DNA of 23,527 nucleotides from a bacterium (GTDB lineage Bacteria > Hinthialibacterota > Hinthialibacteria > Hinthialibacterales > Hinthialibacteraceae): assembly GCA_963663405.2 (NCBI GenBank), contig CAXXSM010000013.1:1-23527 (forward strand), in the 5' to 3' direction. The notes under the pieces are model-generated. The model did not search any database. It was not told the DNA's origin and saw nothing but the letters and a program-made list of their open reading frames with translations. The position numbers and the translations under genes were made by a program. Shown in pieces: positions 18,080 to 23,527 of this stretch; the stretch's first letter is position 1, and each line of letters opens with the position of its first letter.

Positions 18080-18997
18080 ATGGTTGAAAAGAGTAAACAT
18101 CCTTACTTTCGTGAATATCTCGATCATTTAATTCTCGAAAGAGGCGCCGCTAAAGCGACTGTGGACGCCTACAAAAGAGATATCATTCAACACCTCGCAT
18201 ACCTGAACAAACAAAAGATTTTATTCCCAAACAACGTAACGAGTGAAGTTTTTATTGATTATATTGAAGAATTGCGCGCTCAGGGATTTCAACCAACCTC
18301 CTTGGCCCGTAAAAATTCTTCTCTTCGAAGATTTTATCGCTATTTACAAAATGAGGGGTACATCACAGAAGATCCATGCCGGCTCAGTCCCTCTCCAAGA
18401 ATGACAAAACGTTTCAAAAGCGCCATAAAACAGGAAGAAGTAGAAAAGTTAATAGAAGCGGTTGAGCAGGAAAAAAACGAATGTCTTCGTTTGCGGGATC
18501 ACGCCATGCTGGAATTTCTCTATGCGACAGGATTGAGAGTTTCTGAACTACTGGGTCTCCGTCCAGGAGATTTCGATTTTTATCACTTATATGTAAGAGT
18601 TATGGGTAAAGGATCAAAGGAGCGGCTTGTTCCCTTTCACGATCTCGCAGCTGACAGGATAAAAGAATACTTAAAAAAATCGCGCCCTGCATTGTGCGTT
18701 AGAAACCAGGGGGAAACACTCTTTGTTAACAGCCGTGGGAAACAAATGAGCCGGATGGGTTTTTGGAAGATTTTAAGAAAATACGCTCTTCTATCCGGCC
18801 TGCGGGCGGAAGTCACTCCTCACACACTTCGTCATTCCTTCGCTACACATTTGCTGGAAAATGGCGCTGATCTGCGTGTTCTGCAGGAATTGCTTGGTCA
18901 CTCGGATATATCCACAACTCAGATCTATACCCACCTCGATCAACGCGCCATTCAAGAAGCGCATCGCAAATACCACCCCCGCAGCCGTTCAAAATGA
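18080..18997 (+). CDS. xerD: Site-specific tyrosine recombinase XerD
   Basis: LYATGLRVSEL, GKGSKERLVP, SRMGFWK, TPHTLRHSFATHLL, GADLRVLQELLGHSDISTTQIYTH, terminal YHPR; all catalytic residues present. Start ATG 18080 (GTG 18062 is an alternative). Confidence 0.9.
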   Translation: MVEKSKHPYFREYLDHLILERGAAKATVDAYKRDIIQHLAYLNKQKILFPNNVTSEVFIDYIEELRAQGFQPTSLARKNSSLRRFYRYLQNEGYITEDPCRLSPSPRMTKRFKSAIKQEEVEKLIEAVEQEKNECLRLRDHAMLEFLYATGLRVSELLGLRPGDFDFYHLYVRVMGKGSKERLVPFHDLAADRIKEYLKKSRPALCVRNQGETLFVNSRGKQMSRMGFWKILRKYALLSGLRAEVTPHTLRHSFATHLLENGADLRVLQELLGHSDISTTQIYTHLDQRAIQEAHRKYHPRSRSK

Positions 18998-19114
18998 CAG
19001 CGCGGAACAAAAATATAGAGAAAAACGCTAAATCGATAACCCTTATCATCCTTCACTATCTTTCTTCAAGAAGTATCCTTTTTCTAATATCTATACATAA
19101 ATTAGGCGAATCTT

Positions 19115-20346
19115 ATGAGCTATACCATTGACACAATTGAAAACGGCTCCGTCACCTCCCCAAAAGGTTTTCAAGCCGCTGGGATATCCGCTGGGATAAA
19201 GGGTGGGGATAAACTCGACCTTGGTCTCCTTGTATCGAAGGTTCGTTCATCGACGGCAGGCGTGTTCACACGTAACATGCTTAAAGGGGCTTCCCTTCTC
19301 ATTGGCCAAGAACATTTGAAGGACGGGCACGCCCAGGCGGTAATCGTCAATAGCGGAAACGCCAACGCCTGCACCGGCGAACGGGGAATGCTGGACGCGC
19401 GCGAAATGGCCCGGTATGTGGCGCGGCATATCGGAGCGCCCGCCCACGATGTCATTCCCAGTTCTACCGGTGTGATCGGCGTTTACCTGCCCCTGCCCGA
19501 AATCCGTAAAGGAATCGAGAAAGCCGCCGGAGCTCTCAGCGAAGCCGGCGGGGAATCAATGGCGCGGGCGATGATGACTACGGATACGATTCCAAAATTC
19601 ACCGCCCGCCGGGGTGAGCGTCAACGGGCGTTCTTTCACTATCGGTGGAGTGGCTAAAGGTTCAGGAATGATCCATCCCAACATGGCCACTATGCTCGTT
19701 TTTCTCACAACCGACGCCCGCATCAATCCACAATCACTTAAAACGTTCCTGACCGAAGCCGTGGATCAAAGTTTCAACCGTTTCACAATTGATGGGGATA
19801 CGAGCTGTGATGATACCGTTCTCTTAATGGCGAATGGACTCGCGTCCTGTGAAGAGATCTCTCCTAATGAAGAACCCTTCGCGGAAGCCTTCCGGGCGGC
19901 GCTTTTAGATCTCTGCCGCGATCTGACCTATCGATTGGCTGGAGACGGTGAAGGAGTCACAAAAGTTGCGACGATTTATGTCCGGGGGACCAAAACGAAT
20001 GAAGACCGGCGCGGCTCAAATCGCCCGCTCTATCGCCGTTTCCCCTTTGGTAAAGACGGCGATTTACGGGCACGATCCCAATTGGGGACGGATTATCAAC
20101 GCCGCCGGTTATAGCGGTGTCTCCTTTGATCCCACCCTTGCGGATATGTGGATTGGAGACGTCCAAGTCCTTCAGCGCGGCGAAAGAGCCCGATATGAAG
20201 AAGAAGACGCGCTGAATGTAATGAAAAAGGATAAATTTGATATTACGTTAGACCTTAACCAGGGAGAAGGAAAAGACTTCTATATCACTACCGATTTCTC
20301 GCATCAATATATCGATATCAACGCCGATTACCGGCATAGAACCTAA
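19115..20346 (+). CDS. argJ: Ornithine acetyltransferase ArgJ, split by two apparent frameshifts
   Basis: [28 protein letters not shown] / [26 protein letters not shown] / [25 protein letters not shown]. Breaks at the G run 19611-19614 and at about 20006-20010. Confidence 0.95.
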
Positions 20347-20347
20347 T

Positions 20348-20370
20348 GGAGCGCGGGCGTCCCACCCGTG
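20348..20370. repeat. Single REP-like GC-rich palindrome after the argJ stop
   Basis: GGAG-CGCGGGCG-TCC-CACCCGTG imperfect hairpin with no U tract. Confidence 0.4.
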
Positions 20371-20438
20371 AATAAACAAACCATATCGAAATACACTCTA
20401 CCTTCTATTAATAATTCATCTGAGAGGAGATCAAGCGC

Positions 20439-21518
20439 GTGAATTCGCAGTCCAATGAAAACAATCTAAATGGCCCAACTAAAAAAGACATATTAAGAGT
20501 TCTAAGTGAGGTGCAAGATCCCGACCTGAATCGTGATCTCGTATCATTAGGGATGATTCAAAATTTATCCATTGAGGGGGGAACCGTATCCTTCACATTG
20601 CAGCTCACAACCCCCGCGTGTCCCATGAAAGCGGAGATCGAAAAAAACTGCCGTGAGGCGCTTTCTAAAGTCGATGGCGTTACGGATGTGAATATAGAGA
20701 TCTCCTCAAAAACCGCCCAACGCCCAAGAATTCCTGAAAAAGAAGAAATCCCCGGTATAAAAAACATCATCGCCGTATCCAGTGGAAAAGGCGGAGTTGG
20801 GAAATCCACTGTCTCAGTCAATATAGCCATTGCGCTGCAAAAAACCGGCGCCAAGGTCGGATTGCTGGACGCCGACGCTTATGGGCCGAATATCCCCCAA
20901 ATGATTGGTCTAAAAGAACTTCCCCGCGCGGATAACCAGGAACGGTTGTATCCGCCGGAAATCCACGGTGTAAAAGTCATGTCTATCGCGTCCCTCGTCC
21001 AAAAAGACACGCCGATCGTATGGCGTGGCCCCATGCTTCATAATCTCATGATTCAATTCCTCCAATACGTCCAATGGGGGGAATTAGATTACCTCGTTGT
21101 CGATATGCCTCCTGGAACCGGTGATACGCAGCTCAGCCTGACTCAATTGGTTCCCCTGGCGGGTGTCATCATGGTTACGACGCCCCAAAAAGTCGCCCAA
21201 GCCGACGTAAGACGGGCGATCATGATGTTTAAAAAGATGGATGCGCCGATCCTGGGTATAATAGAGAATATGTCCTATTTCATCTGTCCGGATAATAATA
21301 AAAAGTACGAAATTTTCGGATCGGGTGGAGGAGAAAAACTTGCGGAGGAATATGATATTACCTTGCTGGGCCAACTGCCGATCGATACCCGTATCAGCCG
21401 TGGAGGAGACAAAGGAAAACCGGTCGTCGTAACAGATCCCGATTCCCCGGTCGCCCAGGAATTTATCAAAGCCGCCGGCGCGGCCGCCCAGCAAATCAGT
21501 ATCGCGAATCTGAAATAA
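20439..21518 (+). CDS. apbC: Mrp/NBP35 (ApbC) Fe-S cluster carrier ATPase with N-terminal DUF59-like domain
   Basis: VQDPDL..DLVSLG, LTTPACP, SGKGGVGKST, DADAYGPNIP, WRGPM, DMPPGTGD, ENMS; GAGGAG RBS before GTG. Confidence 0.93.
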   Translation: MNSQSNENNLNGPTKKDILRVLSEVQDPDLNRDLVSLGMIQNLSIEGGTVSFTLQLTTPACPMKAEIEKNCREALSKVDGVTDVNIEISSKTAQRPRIPEKEEIPGIKNIIAVSSGKGGVGKSTVSVNIAIALQKTGAKVGLLDADAYGPNIPQMIGLKELPRADNQERLYPPEIHGVKVMSIASLVQKDTPIVWRGPMLHNLMIQFLQYVQWGELDYLVVDMPPGTGDTQLSLTQLVPLAGVIMVTTPQKVAQADVRRAIMMFKKMDAPILGIIENMSYFICPDNNKKYEIFGSGGGEKLAEEYDITLLGQLPIDTRISRGGDKGKPVVVTDPDSPVAQEFIKAAGAAAQQISIANLK

Positions 21519-21562
21519 TCGTTAGACCCAAAAAACGAAAGAAACGAATTCGAGGAAAAACC

Positions 21563-21976
21563 ATGCCGGTCGAACTGACAAGACGCCTGCAATTCTCCGC
21601 TTCTCATCGCTTGCACAGCCCTCATTTAAGCGAAGAGGAAAATATTCGCTTGTATGGGATCTGCCATAATAAATATGGACACGGGCACAATTATGAATTG
21701 GAGGTCACCATACAAGGCGAACCCGATCCAAAAACGGGATTGGTGATGAACTTATCGGAACTGAACTCTATCGTGAAAAAAGCGCTTATTTCAAAAGTCG
21801 ATCATCACCACTTCAATATGGATGTAGACTTCATGAAGGATATCATTCCTTCTCTTGAAAATATGGTGGTCGCGTTCTGGAAGGTCCTCGACGCGGAATT
21901 GCCCAAAGGAATGTTGAAACGGATCCGCATCGCGGAAACAGAAAATAATTCCGTCACGTATACAGGCCCCGAATAA
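21563..21976 (+). CDS. 6-pyruvoyl/6-carboxy-tetrahydropterin synthase family protein (COG0720), PTPS-II-type motif
   Basis: FSASHRL, CHNKYGHGHNY, TGLVMN, VDH, SLEN, ETENN; adjacent to folE. Confidence 0.9.
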   Translation: MPVELTRRLQFSASHRLHSPHLSEEENIRLYGICHNKYGHGHNYELEVTIQGEPDPKTGLVMNLSELNSIVKKALISKVDHHHFNMDVDFMKDIIPSLENMVVAFWKVLDAELPKGMLKRIRIAETENNSVTYTGPE

Positions 21977-22133
21977 TATATATTTATACCGAATCTTTTA
22001 ATCTATCAATCATTGAACCGTGTTCGAATCTTACTTTCTCCTGTACAAAACAGGAATGTTCGGTTATCGTTTCGTTCGATTGACGATGCTTAGAAACTAT
22101 ACGGTAGAACCAATCCATAAAATAAGAAAAGCT

Positions 22134-22769
22134 ATGAATCAAAAAAAGAGTTCTTCCCTTCTCCCTTCCCTATCAATCCAAGACGCCGATTTAATAAAGC
22201 CCAGCGCCGATCCAATCGAGGATCTCACGAGAGGACTCCTAAGAGAGGTCGGTGAAGATCCCGACCGCGAAGGGTTGATACGAACCCCCAAACGTGTCGC
22301 CCGCGCCTGGCGTTTCTTAACGCGGGGATACGATCAGGATATCAAAGCGATTATCAATCAGGCGATATTCGAGGAAGAGATTGATGAAATGGTTGTCGTG
22401 AATGATATCGACTTTTTCAGCCTCTGCGAACACCATCTGCTCCCGTTCCATGGCAAAGCGCACGCCGCCTATATCCCGAACGGGAAAGTGATTGGGCTGT
22501 CCAAAATCCCTCGCTTAGTGGAAGTCTTCAGCCGCCGTCTACAGTTGCAGGAACGGTTGACGCAGCAAATCGCCGACGCGATCGAAGAGGCGATTCAACC
22601 CCGCGGCGTCGCCGTTGTCACGGAAGCCGTTCATATGTGCATGATGATGCGCGGCGTCGAAAAAACCAATACCAGCACGATTACCAGCGCTATGCGCGGC
22701 GCTTTTAAGGAAGATCCCCGCACACGCACGGAATTCATGGAATTCATCCGTCAGGGCACGGCCCGGTAG
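22134..22769 (+). CDS. folE: GTP cyclohydrolase I
   Basis: [53 protein letters not shown]. Start placed at ATG 22134 (uncertain). Confidence 0.96.
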   Translation: MNQKKSSSLLPSLSIQDADLIKPSADPIEDLTRGLLREVGEDPDREGLIRTPKRVARAWRFLTRGYDQDIKAIINQAIFEEEIDEMVVVNDIDFFSLCEHHLLPFHGKAHAAYIPNGKVIGLSKIPRLVEVFSRRLQLQERLTQQIADAIEEAIQPRGVAVVTEAVHMCMMMRGVEKTNTSTITSAMRGAFKEDPRTRTEFMEFIRQGTAR

Positions 22770-22850
22770 AACCATCGGAGATGGAACGAGCGTCATTCCC
22801 TTCTTGCTGAGAAAAGTAGGAAATTGTGTTTTCTCTCTGTCCTAAAGGTT

Positions 22851-23527
22851 TTATTCCCCGGATTGTTGTTTTAAACAAGAAAGAGTGCGGATAATGTCGC
22901 GGGAAGGGATATCTTCACTGATCGCGGATACACGTAATCCATGGATATCCCGGAAATAGACGGGCCGGCCCATCCATTCAAGCGGGAGACGGTATCTGTT
23001 GCGGATTGGGTATTTTTTTCTTGTTCTTCTTTTGTCTGCCTTCGTTGGTGGAGCGTTAATTTTGCCAATCCGTCGGAATAAAACGAAAAATGGATTACGC
23101 CGTGTCTGCCTTTAAAAATACGATCGAATCGTTTCTCAAATCCTTCTGGTAATTGTTTCGGAAAGAACGGAGTGAAAATCCTAGTTCAACAGGCTCATCT
23201 CTCCGATCACCCCGGTGGGGGAAGTTGGAATCTAATACCAATCCTTCTGTAGAAAAGAGATCCGGGGGAATGGTTGGATTATATTGAACGTGATGAAATA
23301 GAAATGATTCCCAAACCTCATCCTTGCGTCTGTACCGGACGTATTTCAATCGCATCTTTGTTTCGGCGTCAATCCAGAATTCGAAAGAAGGACGGTGGCG
23401 GTATTTTGGGAATACTTTGATGTGAATCGTATCGCGGCCGGCGATCGTTTCACTCTCTTTCTTTTCGAAATTATAATTTTTACGAACTAAATCAAAATCT
23501 CTAAATTCCGGCCCTTGTCCACCGAAA
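22851..23527 (-). CDS. MucB/RseB-like periplasmic sigma-E regulatory protein, 5' end outside the window, two apparent frameshifts
   Basis: Manual translation: ..LVRKNYNF..ETIAGRDT.....PKYRHRP..FWIDAETKMRLK (LolA-like domain). After a shift at about 23175-23178: PKQLPEGF...FYSDGLAKLTL. After a shift at about 22980: EWMGRPVYFRDIHGLRVSAISEDIPSRDIIRTLSCLKQQSGE, stop at 22851-22853. Confidence 0.7.

Noticed and set aside
18080-18997. Integrase of a prophage or genomic island
   Set aside because: Canonical XerD motifs, housekeeping neighbours, and no att-like direct repeats, tRNA or phage genes seen.
205-23355. Many short antisense or alternate-frame ORFs in the track (e.g. 205-396, 982-1566, 6575-7222, 12140-12400)
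   Set aside because: Nearly all shadow well-supported genes or are fragments of frameshifted ones; none shows recognisable motifs.

Overview
Bacterial chromosomal core region, apparently from an unpolished long-read assembly: about 12 small indels split five ordinary genes, including the essential dnaN. Left to right: a partial RsbW-type anti-sigma factor, an SDR epimerase, a chemoreceptor, a glycosyltransferase, a secreted penicillin-acylase-family hydrolase, divergent rmlC-like/rmlD genes separated by REP-like palindromes, comF-cinA-TPR/HEAT, and a GspG-like prepilin. Next comes an AT-rich block with a probable replication origin (DnaA-box cluster, trio-like repeats, parS-like site) directly upstream of dnaN but with no dnaA, then a second prepilin, an MBL hydrolase, xerD, argJ, Mrp/ApbC, a PTPS-II-type synthase, folE and a partial MucB/RseB-like gene. 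The most notable unexplained signal is an exact 18-bp inverted repeat (14904-14921 / 17390-17407) bracketing the origin-dnaN-prepilin segment. I see no CRISPR array, RNA gene, prophage or transposase, and no novel multi-gene system that I can firmly support. All calls are from motif reading by eye; no searches were run.
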